Below, one piece after another: positions 8,119 through 18,387 of a stretch of 64,000 bases of DNA. Origin of the DNA: an uncultured Candidatus Saccharibacteria bacterium (GTDB lineage: Bacteria > Patescibacteriota > Saccharimonadia > CAILAD01 > BJGX01); the NCBI GenBank assembly GCA_964552475.1, contig CAZKFZ010000002.1, positions 70,160 through 134,159 on the forward strand, given 5' to 3'. The translations under genes were made by a program, and so were the position numbers. The first letter of the stretch is position 1, and each line of letters starts with the position of its first letter. The notes beneath the pieces were generated by a model. That model did no database searches, had not been told where the DNA came from, and worked only from the letters and a program-made list of their open reading frames with translations.

Positions 8119-11100
8119 TTTGTAGAAGCTTCAATTAGTTGGAGTTCTTTATCGGTCAGATCATAAAGCTTTCCAGCTAGTATATCTATCTTGTCCCATA
8201 GTTCGCCAGCGTCATCAGTACTATTTCCTATTATTCTTTCACCAATATTGATAAGTTCATTCTTAATTTTTCCCCTCTCTGGTGATATTTTAGGTATTCG
8301 AAAAAATGTTTTCACGGAAGAAATAGGAAGCAAATAGTCTTTTTCACCTGGGCTTTTAAGCAGTAGCTCAAACATATATTTATTTATTGCAGAATTCAAT
8401 AGTAGCCAGAGATAAATAACTTCTTTTTTATTTTTGCTAGCAATAATAGCAGCCCGTCCCATTGGAAAAACAATATCTTCATCAGTAAATGAAAAGCATT
8501 TTGGATTTTTGACACTCCATACTATCTTAAATTCCTGCTCAAGAACGACATAGCCCTGACTGTTCTTCGTTAGTTGAATTGCTGCTTTATCCTTAGGGTA
8601 AAAATCTTCTGTTAGGAGAATTACATCCTTCATACCTTTTGAATTAAATAATTTATAGTATTTATTTTCATCGTCGACTGACTTCAATATTTTAGAATTA
8701 TTCAAAGTGAATCCTACATCAAAATAAAAACTTGAACCGAAGTAATTAACACTTTTTGCGTGGTTATAATAAATATCCGCTATCTCAGCAGACATATATT
8801 TCGATAATATACTTTTTTGGGGGCCGCCAAGGGTGTGTATAGACCAGTTGTTGATACTCTTAATAAGTTCTTCTTTATTAACTGGTTGATAATTTATTTT
8901 GTTCAAATGGTCTAATTTACTCTTTGTGAACAGCGCAGTATATTCGCTATTTTTTTCATTTATAACAAAGAGTACAAGACTACTAGTAGGTACAGTGGAG
9001 GTAGCCGTATCCCCCTTAAACACCATATCATCAACTACCAATAATCGATTTAGAGTTTGAGTTTCTGAAACAAGGTATCGAACAACGTCAAGGTCTTTGG
9101 CGGTTAATAGGTTTTGTGGCACGATAAATGATATGCAACCCTTAGGTTTAGCTAAGCGCGTTGCCCTAGCGAAGAAAAATGCATAGAGGTTTGGCTTAGG
9201 TGGGTATGTCTTTCTGCTTATAGGGGTACTATGAAGATTAACTCCGCAATAATTGCCAACTGATTCATCAGAGCTTTTAAGATATTTAGCAAAAGTGTCG
9301 TTTGTCTTTGAAAGTGCATTAATACTTATATAGGGCGGATTAGCAATGACGATATCAAAGCCGCCATTTTCAAATACATCTGGGAAGTTGAGCTGCCATA
9401 TAAAAAAAGGCTTTACCTTCGACATTTTGAATTTCGATAGGCGATCGATTTCTTGATGCTGATTATTCTCTTTTAGTGTTTCTTCAATTAGTTCCCATTC
9501 AGTGTCATTTATTTTTGATTGTATCTTTCTTTTTACTATTTTGTCAGTACACGCAAAATAATCCTTATGAAGTTGAATCAATAAAGTACGAGTTTTTTCA
9601 GATTTACTAAATTTATCAAAGAGGCCTTGATTGTTATTTGGTACATTCTGCCTACCTTTCAGTTGGATTAACTGCTTATTAATTGACTTTAGCTGTGACT
9701 GGAGTTGATTCTGTTTGATTGGGGTCAACATGTTAGTAGAATGTAAACTCAGATACTCTCGCTGTAAATCTGCCTGCCTTAAAACTAAATTGCTCGTTGC
9801 TTCTACATCGAAATTATGGTCGCCATAAATAAGCTCATCATCGAAGAGTTTAATTTTTCCGTACTTCTCAATTAGACTGTTGCCCTGCATAATCTTAAAA
9901 TCCAAATTAGGCAAAGGTCTAATGCCTCTATTCTTTGCGTTATCATCAATCTCTTCATCAACAATCAGAGTCAAAAAACAACGCAATCTAGAAATCTCAG
10001 TGGCAATAGGTTGTATATCAACCCCAAAAATGGATTTATTTATTATTCCAAGCTTTCGAATGTAGTTAGCACTCTTGTTATCAAATTCTCTTTTTAACTC
10101 CAGGCTCGTAATACTTTGAAGTTGCTTATTCAACCACCATTTTGCGTCAGGATCCAGTATCGATATTATGTGCAAGATTTTCTGAAGCATTCCAATCGGG
10201 AACGCCCCAGAACCACAAGCTGGATCAATGACAGTTAGTTCGCTGAGGGCACCAAGCACTAACTCCACTTCCTCTTCATTTAGTTTATTGCCAATATCGT
10301 CTTCTAAGTCATAACTTACTAACGCACTAAGTTTGCTTTCAGGGACAATTGTCATTGCTGATAAAAACTCAATTAAACTATTGCTTACCATATAGTCGAC
10401 AATTTCTCTTGGAGTATAAAAACTCCCTGTACTTTTTCTTACGGTTTCACCTGTTTCAGGATTGATTCTTGCAAGAAGATTTTCAAAAACCCGCCCTAGC
10501 ATTTCAGGATCAATCGATAGCTCAGTATCTATACTAGTATTTTCGTCTACAGTAAAATTGTATCTCTCAAGAAGATCAAATAAATCCAATAACCACTTGT
10601 CTGTGATTGTTTTTGGTGAGCTATCGTCTCCATAATAATCAATTATGTCATCGCTAAAAAGGCCCCCATTTAAGTAAGGTATTAAGTCATATGGTGCTTG
10701 CTTAAATTTAGATAGCCTAGCATCCATTTCCTTATTTAGGACCTCAAAGAACAATGGTTCCAATACGCTTTTAAAATATTCTGGCTTCCTCGAGGCTTCT
10801 AATGATAGAACCGCATTTGGAATTAATGGTATGCCTTTAATGCTCCTCTTTTCCCGTAAAAACCAACAAAATATAATTCTACCAATTAACCTAACTGCAA
10901 ATTCTTGACAATCTTCGTTGCTACCGGGGTATTTTAATTCTTTTTGAATATTTTTTGCACCAACAAGGCGGTCGTATAATCTTGCAATTTCTTTATAAAA
11001 GGCATTGTTAACAACCTCAAGTGAGAATCTTTCTTGCAGCTCTTCTAGTGTGCTTACAGCACCTTTTGCAATTAGATAATTGAATGGTGTGGCCGTTTTT

Positions 11101-11507
11101 GCTCTTGGGCCTAAAACATAAGAGTAGCGCCTTGGATTTGAGAAAATTTTTTTAATCTTACCTTTAATTTCATCTATGGAAATTGAGATATATGAAAGTC
11201 TCCATTCTTGTTCACCGGTGGTCGACACATAAGCAACTAATGCTTTGTCAATGTTGTTCTCAGCCATTAGCTTGAATGTGTCTGTCGCCAACTTAACACG
11301 CACAGAAACAGTTGCATCGTGCGTAATGACCAATACATTATTAAATCTATTGTCTAAAAAATGACCTATATTGTCAGCTTTTTTAATGAGAGACGAAGAA
11401 TGTTGAATATTTTTAGATTCTGAATATAGCTCAGTTTCAACGAGCCCTGTTACAAGTTGCTTAAATGTCTGTAAATTGAATTCCTTTGATAGATCATCTC
11501 TATTCAT
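8115..11507 (-). CDS. Type IIG/Eco57I-like N6-adenine DNA methyltransferase with C-terminal TRD
   Basis: YLNGGLF, LGRVFENLL, GSFYTP, VIDPACGSGAF (motif I), GFDIVIANPPY (motif IV). Confidence 0.9.
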   Translation of the reverse strand: MNRDDLSKEFNLQTFKQLVTGLVETELYSESKNIQHSSSLIKKADNIGHFLDNRFNNVLVITHDATVSVRVKLATDTFKLMAENNIDKALVAYVSTTGEQEWRLSYISISIDEIKGKIKKIFSNPRRYSYVLGPRAKTATPFNYLIAKGAVSTLEELQERFSLEVVNNAFYKEIARLYDRLVGAKNIQKELKYPGSNEDCQEFAVRLIGRIIFCWFLREKRSIKGIPLIPNAVLSLEASRKPEYFKSVLEPLFFEVLNKEMDARLSKFKQAPYDLIPYLNGGLFSDDIIDYYGDDSSPKTITDKWLLDLFDLLERYNFTVDENTSIDTELSIDPEMLGRVFENLLARINPETGETVRKSTGSFYTPREIVDYMVSNSLIEFLSAMTIVPESKLSALVSYDLEDDIGNKLNEEEVELVLGALSELTVIDPACGSGAFPIGMLQKILHIISILDPDAKWWLNKQLQSITSLELKREFDNKSANYIRKLGIINKSIFGVDIQPIATEISRLRCFLTLIVDEEIDDNAKNRGIRPLPNLDFKIMQGNSLIEKYGKIKLFDDELIYGDHNFDVEATSNLVLRQADLQREYLSLHSTNMLTPIKQNQLQSQLKSINKQLIQLKGRQNVPNNNQGLFDKFSKSEKTRTLLIQLHKDYFACTDKIVKRKIQSKINDTEWELIEETLKENNQHQEIDRLSKFKMSKVKPFFIWQLNFPDVFENGGFDIVIANPPYISINALSKTNDTFAKYLKSSDESVGNYCGVNLHSTPISRKTYPPKPNLYAFFFARATRLAKPKGCISFIVPQNLLTAKDLDVVRYLVSETQTLNRLLVVDDMVFKGDTATSTVPTSSLVLFVINEKNSEYTALFTKSKLDHLNKINYQPVNKEELIKSINNWSIHTLGGPQKSILSKYMSAEIADIYYNHAKSVNYFGSSFYFDVGFTLNNSKILKSVDDENKYYKLFNSKGMKDVILLTEDFYPKDKAAIQLTKNSQGYVVLEQEFKIVWSVKNPKCFSFTDEDIVFPMGRAAIIASKNKKEVIYLWLLLNSAINKYMFELLLKSPGEKDYLLPISSVKTFFRIPKISPERGKIKNELINIGERIIGNSTDDAGELWDKIDILAGKLYDLTDKELQLIEASTK

Positions 11508-11512
11508 AGCGC

Positions 11513-14500
11513 CTATTTAAGCTCCTCGGTAAGTATGAGCATACTAGACTGGTTTCTTGACGCATCGGCTGCACGTCGAATTTTAGCTATATATTGAATT
11601 GGTATACGTTCGCTAAGGTGCTTGTATGCCTCATCTGGGGCATCACCTATAACAATATTCCTTATTAACTTTAGCTCTGAGTCTGCGAGTGCGTCTAGGT
11701 CGTAAATGGATTCAATTAAATCCTGACAATAATTTTTCTGACTTGAACTTTCTAGTTTTTCGGAAAGAATCTTCAATTTTGCAATTGCTTCTTGACGACC
11801 TTTATCTGGGACTGATTTGTGAGTATTTGTTTTGTATAAATGATCTCGAACTTCTTGGAATAATTTATGGTAATTTTCTGATACTTCCTGTCCCTGCAGA
11901 TTTTTATCCGCTTCAAACAATTCCAGCGCTAATTCAGTGTTAATATACTCAGTTTCTTCTGAACCAACTTGCTTCAGGCAAAAGACACTTGTCTCACCAC
12001 GTTTACCATAGAGAACAACACCCTTTGTTGCATTATTACTCTTTCTTCCCACCTTAGATTTATTGACTGCTTCTTGCTCTACTAAATCTAGAATTTCTTT
12101 ATTGTGTTTGAGAGAGTTCCAAAGGTTGCGGAATTTATTAATTGAACTTTCTGATTCTTCCTGCGACTTCGCGTCGTTAAATTTATCCGAGTAGTAGGCT
12201 TTCAGCTCTTCCTCGCTCGTGAGCTTTTTAGTGTCATCACCCAATAGAGCATTAAAGATGTGTACCTTTATAGTAGATATGGATTTGGTATGTGTTTCTT
12301 CTTCACCGATTTCACTCGGGAAGAAGTTGTAAATGAATAGTTCTTCATAAACCTTTTTATTTACACGATTGATTCGCCCAATACGCTGGATCACTCGAGT
12401 CGGGTTATAGGGGATGTCGTAGTTATATACGCAATCTGCTCTGTGTAAGTTATATCCTTCTGAAATTGCGTCAGTAGCAAGTAAAATTTGAAATTGATCT
12501 TCTTGCTCATCCACTGGCAGACCGGCGTCAAAGTTTTTGGCAATAATCTTTTTGGTAGATTGATTAGCTTCTTGTCCTGAATAGGTAATTATCTTGTCTT
12601 TTAGTTCAGGATCTTTTTTGAGTTGATCTGCAATGTAATAAATTGTGTCGGTAAACTCACTGAAGACGATAACCTTACCATCAGTAGTTTTCATTTTACT
12701 TTTCAAATGTTCAACAAAAGTATCGAGCTTAGGATCGACTTCTTTTGTGCTTTCATCCTCAAACCAAAGTTTCTGTATTTGTCTTAGGATTTCTCCGTCC
12801 TTGCGTAATAGTTCTATGTAGTCAGGTTGTAAATATTTAGCCTTAATAATTCGGAAATCTTTAGAATTATTTTCCGAAAGTTGTTTTTGTAACTCTTCTA
12901 TTGGGTCGGTTTCAGACAGATTTTCATCGATTTCGATTTCATCCATCAGATCATCAGGTTCAGGTATATCAAGTTTTTTGGAAATTGGCACTCCGCCAAC
13001 TTTCTCATACCAATTGATCACTAATTGGTTCGAGATGATCATTTTATTTAGAGTGCTCCTGAAAGCATTCTTTGAGCTTTCAAATCTTCTAACCAGTAGG
13101 TGGCGCATGAACTTAGAAACGTTCGATTGACCCTGCTCAAGTCTTTGAGCAATGTCATCTTCGTCATCAAATTCTTTGGCTAGTTCCTTTTTGTAGTCTT
13201 CACGACCCTCATCAGTAAAGTACTTGGTCGGCTGGTATCGAGCAGCCAGGTAATGCTCGCCCGGAACAGCTTGATCAGATTCTGGGTAGATTGTATATAA
13301 AGTATTTTTGTAAAGATCAGTTATTTCCTGCAAAGGATATTCGATGTTGGCAGGCTCGTTAACTTTGGGAAAATGAATACCCTGAGTTTTTAAGTCTTCT
13401 CGGTACTCATCAATTCTCTCGAGATCCAATCGAGAACGTCTTATTACTGCGTCTTCAATCAAGCGGCGCAGTTCTTTAGCAAGTGCCTCAGCCTTTTGCT
13501 TGATCTTTTCAGAATCCGATTTTTTATCTTTTCGCAGTTTTGAATATTCACGAATTAGTTCACGGAATGCCATACCTAGATTTTCAGCGGTTTTTAACGT
13601 TGCGGCGCCAGGAATTTGGAAGAGCTTGATTAAGGCGTATACGTCTTTTGGGTCATTATTAAATGGGGTAGCTGAAAGTAGCAATACCTTATGACCAATT
13701 GCTAATTGGTGAATATCGGTATAATCATATGTCAATTCGTTTCTAAACCTATGAGCTTCATCGATTACAATTAATTTCGGTCGCTTGTCTTCTTTATAAT
13801 ATTGGAAACATTCATTAATTTTGCCCCGACTCCAGACTTTCCCAGTAAATCCAAATTTGTCCATGTACTCCTGCCATTGGTCGCATAAATGAGGAGGTGC
13901 AATTATAACTGTGTAAAGGTCATCACGTTTGTATAAGTTATATGCAATAGTTGAGCCGATAATAGATTTGCCTAAACCAACAACATCAGCAACAATCGCG
14001 CCGTTGTAGTCGTCAATTTTTGCTATGCCTTCCTTGATGGCGTCGATTTGATATTTAAGATTACTGTATAAGCCTCCGGTTATCTTGTAGGGCATATGGA
14101 CATCGCTGTCTTCTAAGTCGCCAAAATATTCACGAAGAACCTTAATATATACGTGATAAGGGCTAGGTAATTTATATGGCCAAGTTGATTTCTTGAATCT
14201 ATCAACAATTTCTGGAGCATCGGACCTGTCAATTAAGGTGACAGCTCTTCCGTCGTTCCATTCTTTCTCAAAAGTATCGCTCCACTCTTTAATGTAACTT
14301 GGTTCAGTAAACATATGGTTCTTTTCACCCTGTTTGCGTAATCCGCTAGTTGTCAGGTTGCTTGAACCCATGATTACTAAGCCGTTAGGGAATAAAGAGC
14401 CTATGTCTGTGTCTTTCTTGAGTCTAAATACATAATATTTAGAATGCTCTTCTTCAGATGACATTTTTATTTCTAGAGTGCCGTTTTTAAGTTTTTCGAA

Positions 14501-14866
14501 TAAGATGTCCAGAGTTTCACTGCTAGCAACCTCATCAAAATCCCTTAGGCTATTAATGCTAGCGATTGAAGTTTCAATAAAGTTATCAATTTTTTCTGAT
14601 CTGGTGGCACTTGCATAGCTACCAATTTTTGATTTGAAGCTAGTCCCGTCCTGATAGTTTTTGCCAAGTTCACTTATAACCTTAGGATCCAACTCCATAC
14701 CAACAAGAATTCTAATGGGTATGTCTTTTATGAGATCCTTAATTTCTTCGAATCCGCTAAAGAAGAAATACCCAACGGCGATGTCGATTGATTCACAGTG
14801 TGGAGCAATCTTTGCGATCTCATCAGCCAAAATTCGACTATGGTTGTCGATAATCCCACTTTGCAT
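11513..14866 (-). CDS. PLD (HxK) nuclease fused to SNF2/SF2 helicase
   Basis: IAVGYF, HSKYY...GSSNLT PLD motifs; ADVVGLGKS, IDEAH, SATP, EGYNL, QRIGRINR. Confidence 0.9.
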   Translation of the reverse strand: MQSGIIDNHSRILADEIAKIAPHCESIDIAVGYFFFSGFEEIKDLIKDIPIRILVGMELDPKVISELGKNYQDGTSFKSKIGSYASATRSEKIDNFIETSIASINSLRDFDEVASSETLDILFEKLKNGTLEIKMSSEEEHSKYYVFRLKKDTDIGSLFPNGLVIMGSSNLTTSGLRKQGEKNHMFTEPSYIKEWSDTFEKEWNDGRAVTLIDRSDAPEIVDRFKKSTWPYKLPSPYHVYIKVLREYFGDLEDSDVHMPYKITGGLYSNLKYQIDAIKEGIAKIDDYNGAIVADVVGLGKSIIGSTIAYNLYKRDDLYTVIIAPPHLCDQWQEYMDKFGFTGKVWSRGKINECFQYYKEDKRPKLIVIDEAHRFRNELTYDYTDIHQLAIGHKVLLLSATPFNNDPKDVYALIKLFQIPGAATLKTAENLGMAFRELIREYSKLRKDKKSDSEKIKQKAEALAKELRRLIEDAVIRRSRLDLERIDEYREDLKTQGIHFPKVNEPANIEYPLQEITDLYKNTLYTIYPESDQAVPGEHYLAARYQPTKYFTDEGREDYKKELAKEFDDEDDIAQRLEQGQSNVSKFMRHLLVRRFESSKNAFRSTLNKMIISNQLVINWYEKVGGVPISKKLDIPEPDDLMDEIEIDENLSETDPIEELQKQLSENNSKDFRIIKAKYLQPDYIELLRKDGEILRQIQKLWFEDESTKEVDPKLDTFVEHLKSKMKTTDGKVIVFSEFTDTIYYIADQLKKDPELKDKIITYSGQEANQSTKKIIAKNFDAGLPVDEQEDQFQILLATDAISEGYNLHRADCVYNYDIPYNPTRVIQRIGRINRVNKKVYEELFIYNFFPSEIGEEETHTKSISTIKVHIFNALLGDDTKKLTSEEELKAYYSDKFNDAKSQEESESSINKFRNLWNSLKHNKEILDLVEQEAVNKSKVGRKSNNATKGVVLYGKRGETSVFCLKQVGSEETEYINTELALELFEADKNLQGQEVSENYHKLFQEVRDHLYKTNTHKSVPDKGRQEAIAKLKILSEKLESSSQKNYCQDLIESIYDLDALADSELKLIRNIVIGDAPDEAYKHLSERIPIQYIAKIRRAADASRNQSSMLILTEELK

Positions 14867-15002
14867 TTTTATTTTACAACTCCATACATAATTATCTATT
14901 CTACGCTAATTACATCTGTCATTCCATAGCTACACAATGTTTTATTTAATTTCATAATATTCCTAGCTTTTAACTAGGTTTGGCGGTACCTTGTTGCTTG
15001 CA

Positions 15003-16265
15003 ATGGAGCAAGTAACAGACATAAAATACTGCCTTTATGCTCGGAAATCGAGCGAACAAGACGAACGTCAGGCCATGTCGATAGATTCACAGCTAAAGGA
15101 GATGTTGGCGCTTGCTGCCCGTGACGGTTTGAATATAGTCGAGACCAAGCATGAAAGCCATTCAGCCAAAGAATCGGGGCGTCGGCCTGTATTTAACGAG
15201 CTGTTGGAAGATTTGAGGGCTAATAAATTCAACGGTGTACTTACATGGGCACCAGACAGGCTATCACGTAACGCTGGCGACCTAGGATCGTTAGTTGATC
15301 TAATGGACAATAATAAGCTGCAACAGATCCGCACATTCGGACAGAGCTTTCGCAATACGCCAAACGAAAAATTCTTACTAATGATTCTGTGCTCACAAGC
15401 GAAGTTAGAAAATGATAATAGAGGGGTTAATGTTAAGCGAGGTATTCGCGCCAAGTGCGAAACTGGCTGGCGACCTTGCATGCCTCCGTTAGGCTACTTT
15501 ACTAGGGGAGCAAGCGGTAAAGGTAAAGACGTTATAATTGACCAAGAGCGAGCACCTTACATCGTCCAGATGTTTGAAATGTCCGCCGAAGGCAAAGGCG
15601 GCAGACACATTCGACAGTGGTTGGAAGATAATAATGTCAAAACACGTGGCAATAAATCTATACCGTTAAGTATGATTTACCGGATATTAGGGAGTTCTTT
15701 CTACTACGGTGAGTTCGAATACCCCAGGAAAAGTGGGAAGTGGTATAAGGGTCAACACGAGCCACTTATAACCAAAGAGTTGTTTGACCAGGTGCAGATT
15801 CAGCTAACAGTACCAGTAAAGACCAAATGGGGCTCGATTCCATTCCCTTATAAGCAGTTCTTGAAATGCTACAGCTGTGGATCCAGCATTGTTGGTGAGC
15901 AGAAAACTCGGCATTATAAAAATGGCAATACGCCAACATTCACCTATTACCACTGCTCAAGACAGGTAAAGCGAGACTGCAAAGAACCATTTGCCCGCGA
16001 GCAAGACATTGCAGATGAACTAAGCTTAATGTGCAACGAATTAATTACCGACCTAACACTGCTTGAGCCAGGATTGCGCGACGCAATAGATAAGTTTACT
16101 AAGATGATGAAAGTTACTCACGAAACCTATAGCCCAGATGAAATGGTGGGCGGTTATATCAAATATGTGCTACGCGAAGGCACACTTTTCGAGAAAACTA
16201 GATTAATCCGGAACCTGAATATTAAGCTCGCATTACATGATCGCAAACTTGTAAAAATTGACTAG
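15003..16265 (+). CDS. Large serine recombinase (resolvase + recombinase + Zn ribbon)
   Basis: YARKS catalytic Ser, DRLSRN, PLGY, HEPLIT, CYSC...C. Confidence 0.92.
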   Translation: MEQVTDIKYCLYARKSSEQDERQAMSIDSQLKEMLALAARDGLNIVETKHESHSAKESGRRPVFNELLEDLRANKFNGVLTWAPDRLSRNAGDLGSLVDLMDNNKLQQIRTFGQSFRNTPNEKFLLMILCSQAKLENDNRGVNVKRGIRAKCETGWRPCMPPLGYFTRGASGKGKDVIIDQERAPYIVQMFEMSAEGKGGRHIRQWLEDNNVKTRGNKSIPLSMIYRILGSSFYYGEFEYPRKSGKWYKGQHEPLITKELFDQVQIQLTVPVKTKWGSIPFPYKQFLKCYSCGSSIVGEQKTRHYKNGNTPTFTYYHCSRQVKRDCKEPFAREQDIADELSLMCNELITDLTLLEPGLRDAIDKFTKMMKVTHETYSPDEMVGGYIKYVLREGTLFEKTRLIRNLNIKLALHDRKLVKID

Positions 16266-16302
16266 TAGCTTAAAAGCTTGTGCTTGTTGCTATAATGAGG
16301 CT

Positions 16303-16743
16303 ATGAAACGCCAAACGCTGTCACGCTACGACCAAATTACCGTTGATCCTCGACACGGCGGTTACAGTGATATTAGGCTTTGGCCATGTTATATGGTGTT
16401 TAGTAGCTTAATCTTGTTTCTAGCTCCGCAGATCGGTATGTTCCTCTCAATAATGCTTGTAGGTGTTCCTTCATTTTTCATCGCTAAGAAAGTAGCGGAT
16501 ATGACGACTTCGGATGAGCCACTTGTCAGATACGACATTGAAAAGTGGGTTGATGACATGATGGCGGCAGAAGACAAAGGGTTACCGTTGCCAGCAATGG
16601 AAGCTTACGCATACATAGAGCCTATTATCGTAAAACAGAAGGTCGCCAAACAACCTGAACCGATAAGTTCTAGACCTGCTTTCAAACAGATAACGATAGC
16701 ATCTAGGATTAGAACCAAAAAACCGACTCTTCAGTCGGTTTAA
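16303..16743 (+). CDS. Hypothetical membrane protein
   Basis: Two hydrophobic segments; TATAAT just upstream of ATG 16303; hairpin AAACCGACT/AGTCGGTTT at its 3' end. Confidence 0.6.
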   Translation: MKRQTLSRYDQITVDPRHGGYSDIRLWPCYMVFSSLILFLAPQIGMFLSIMLVGVPSFFIAKKVADMTTSDEPLVRYDIEKWVDDMMAAEDKGLPLPAMEAYAYIEPIIVKQKVAKQPEPISSRPAFKQITIASRIRTKKPTLQSV

Positions 16744-16786
16744 TAGTAAATCGATTCAGCTTCTTTATCTTGGTTAAGATTTGCAC

Positions 16787-16799
16787 CGTACGGGTCACG
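16787..16799 (+). repeat. Candidate right attachment site (att core)
   Basis: CGTACGGGTCACG, 14 nt beyond the tRNA-Gln CCA; matches 1939-1951. Confidence 0.5.
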
Positions 16800-16813
16800 T
16801 TTGGTGAAAATCG

Positions 16814-16888
16814 TGGCTGGGACGGAAGGATTCGAACCTTCGATCTCTTGAGCCAGAATCAAGCGCCTTACCACTTGGCCACGTCCCA
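16814..16888 (-). tRNA. tRNA-Gln (CTG)
   Basis: TGGGACGTGGCCAAGTGGTAAGGCGCTTGATT-CTG-GCTCAAGAGATCGAAGGTTCGAATCCTTCCGTCCCAGCCA folds as a cloverleaf with encoded CCA. Confidence 0.97.
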
Positions 16889-16949
16889 TTGTTGTGGATA
16901 TATGTAATATAAGAGCAACCAACAGTCTAGCATTTTTATATATTTTTTT

Positions 16950-17612
16950 CTAGCTAGCTATTATGCCAAAACCTTTGGCTAGTAAGTAGACACCAAAAAC
17001 TAATAGCATTGCCTGAATAATAGCTTTGTTGTGGCGAGTCATAAAAACTCTTAATCGCTCAAGCACACTTTTCGAACTGCCGGGTAGAACTATTGCGATT
17101 ATTAATGGAAAAGCTATCATGGTCATTACTACTGGAATAGATATAAATAAAACAGACATCTTCTCTATGCTATCTAACGAACTCACAGCAATGTCTTTGA
17201 CGGCAGGTAAAAACAAAACAATCGTACTAAAATTGGTAATCATTAATGCCGTACCTAGAGCTAAGCTTTTTGCTGGGCCTAATTGTTTGTGGTTTTTGGC
17301 TTTGTTCGCACTTTGATGTGCGGGTTTTTTAAAAAAGTTTTTAACCGCCAGAGCTAGTAGTAACAAACCTGCTACTAAATCTATAACAGAACTCACATTG
17401 CTATTGGACGGCTTAAATTGTATATTGGCAAACAAAAATATTCCAGGCACACCAATGAGCAAAAGTGGTATTATTGCCCCTACTAGGTAAGTAAATCCTT
17501 TTAGTTTGGGTGAGTCTTTGGTTGTTAAGACAGCAATCATACCAATAGTTGCAACTGGGCTAATTGCTGCACCAATCAGCAGGGGTAGTACATGTAAAAA
17601 TACTTCTTGCAT
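16950..17612 (-). CDS. GAP/Sap-family (LysE superfamily) membrane protein
   Basis: GAAISP N-terminal motif, about six TM helices, LRVFMTRHN C-terminal motif. Confidence 0.75.
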   Translation of the reverse strand: MQEVFLHVLPLLIGAAISPVATIGMIAVLTTKDSPKLKGFTYLVGAIIPLLLIGVPGIFLFANIQFKPSNSNVSSVIDLVAGLLLLALAVKNFFKKPAHQSANKAKNHKQLGPAKSLALGTALMITNFSTIVLFLPAVKDIAVSSLDSIEKMSVLFISIPVVMTMIAFPLIIAIVLPGSSKSVLERLRVFMTRHNKAIIQAMLLVFGVYLLAKGFGIIAS

Positions 17613-17665
17613 TTATTTATAATAACACTTTAAAACAGTTATGTTTAATTCATTATTAAATGTCT

Positions 17666-18340
17666 CTAAAACTCTATCAGATCGGGTCTGTTGGTTTGAG
17701 TCTTTTTGAGAGCTTCAGACTTGCGCCATTTAGCGATCTCAGAATGGTTACCATTTTTCAAAACTTCTGGAACTATTTGCCCTTCAAAATCATCTGGTCG
17801 AGTATATTGTGGGTATTCCAATAAACCAGCCGAGAAAGACTCATCTTTGTTAGATTGATCGTCACCAAGTACTCCAGGAATTAAACGCACTACACTATCC
17901 ACTACCGCCATCGCCGGGATTTCGCCACCAGTCAGCACAAAGTCACCCATTGAAACTTCTTGGTCGACAATACTCGATATTCGCTCATCAAAGCCCTCAT
18001 AGTGACCACATATAATAATTAAGGAATTGGCTTGTGACAATTTCTTGGCAACAATTTGATTGTACTGTTTGCCACGAGGGGTCATTAGCAGTACTTTTGC
18101 CTCAGGTTCTTTTTTGTGAATGTCTAGAACAGCCGCAAAAATTGGCTCGGGCTTAAGTACCATACCGGCACCACCACCATAAGGAGTGTCATCTACAGTT
18201 TTTCTTGGCCCTATACCGTAATCACGTAAATTTACCAAATTAAACTCTACTAGCCTTTCATCTTGGGCTTTTGCAAGCATAGACATACCAATAACTGGCT
18301 TGAACATATCTGGAAACAGGGTAATAATGTGTATTTTCAT
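17666..18340 (-). CDS. trmD: tRNA (guanine-N1)-methyltransferase
   Basis: ITLFP, VDDTPYGGGAGM, CGHYEGFDER, GDFVLTGGE, LEYPQYTRP. Confidence 0.97.
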   Translation of the reverse strand: MKIHIITLFPDMFKPVIGMSMLAKAQDERLVEFNLVNLRDYGIGPRKTVDDTPYGGGAGMVLKPEPIFAAVLDIHKKEPEAKVLLMTPRGKQYNQIVAKKLSQANSLIIICGHYEGFDERISSIVDQEVSMGDFVLTGGEIPAMAVVDSVVRLIPGVLGDDQSNKDESFSAGLLEYPQYTRPDDFEGQIVPEVLKNGNHSEIAKWRKSEALKKTQTNRPDLIEF

Positions 18341-18387
18341 ATGACTTATTATATTAAAAACCCCTACAAATAAGTAGGGGTTGGGTG

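Larger units (their letters stand above)
1931..16800. mobile_element. Integrative island next to tRNA-Gln: serine recombinase, terminase-only packaging module and defence cargo
   Basis: Recombinase near the tRNA 3' end; imperfect direct repeat CATACAGGTCACG (1939-1951) / CGTACGGGTCACG (16787-16799); phage-like and defence genes; different composition of the terminase module. Confidence 0.8.

Noticed and set aside
16740-16922. 60-aa minus ORF
   Set aside because: Overlaps tRNA-Gln; spurious
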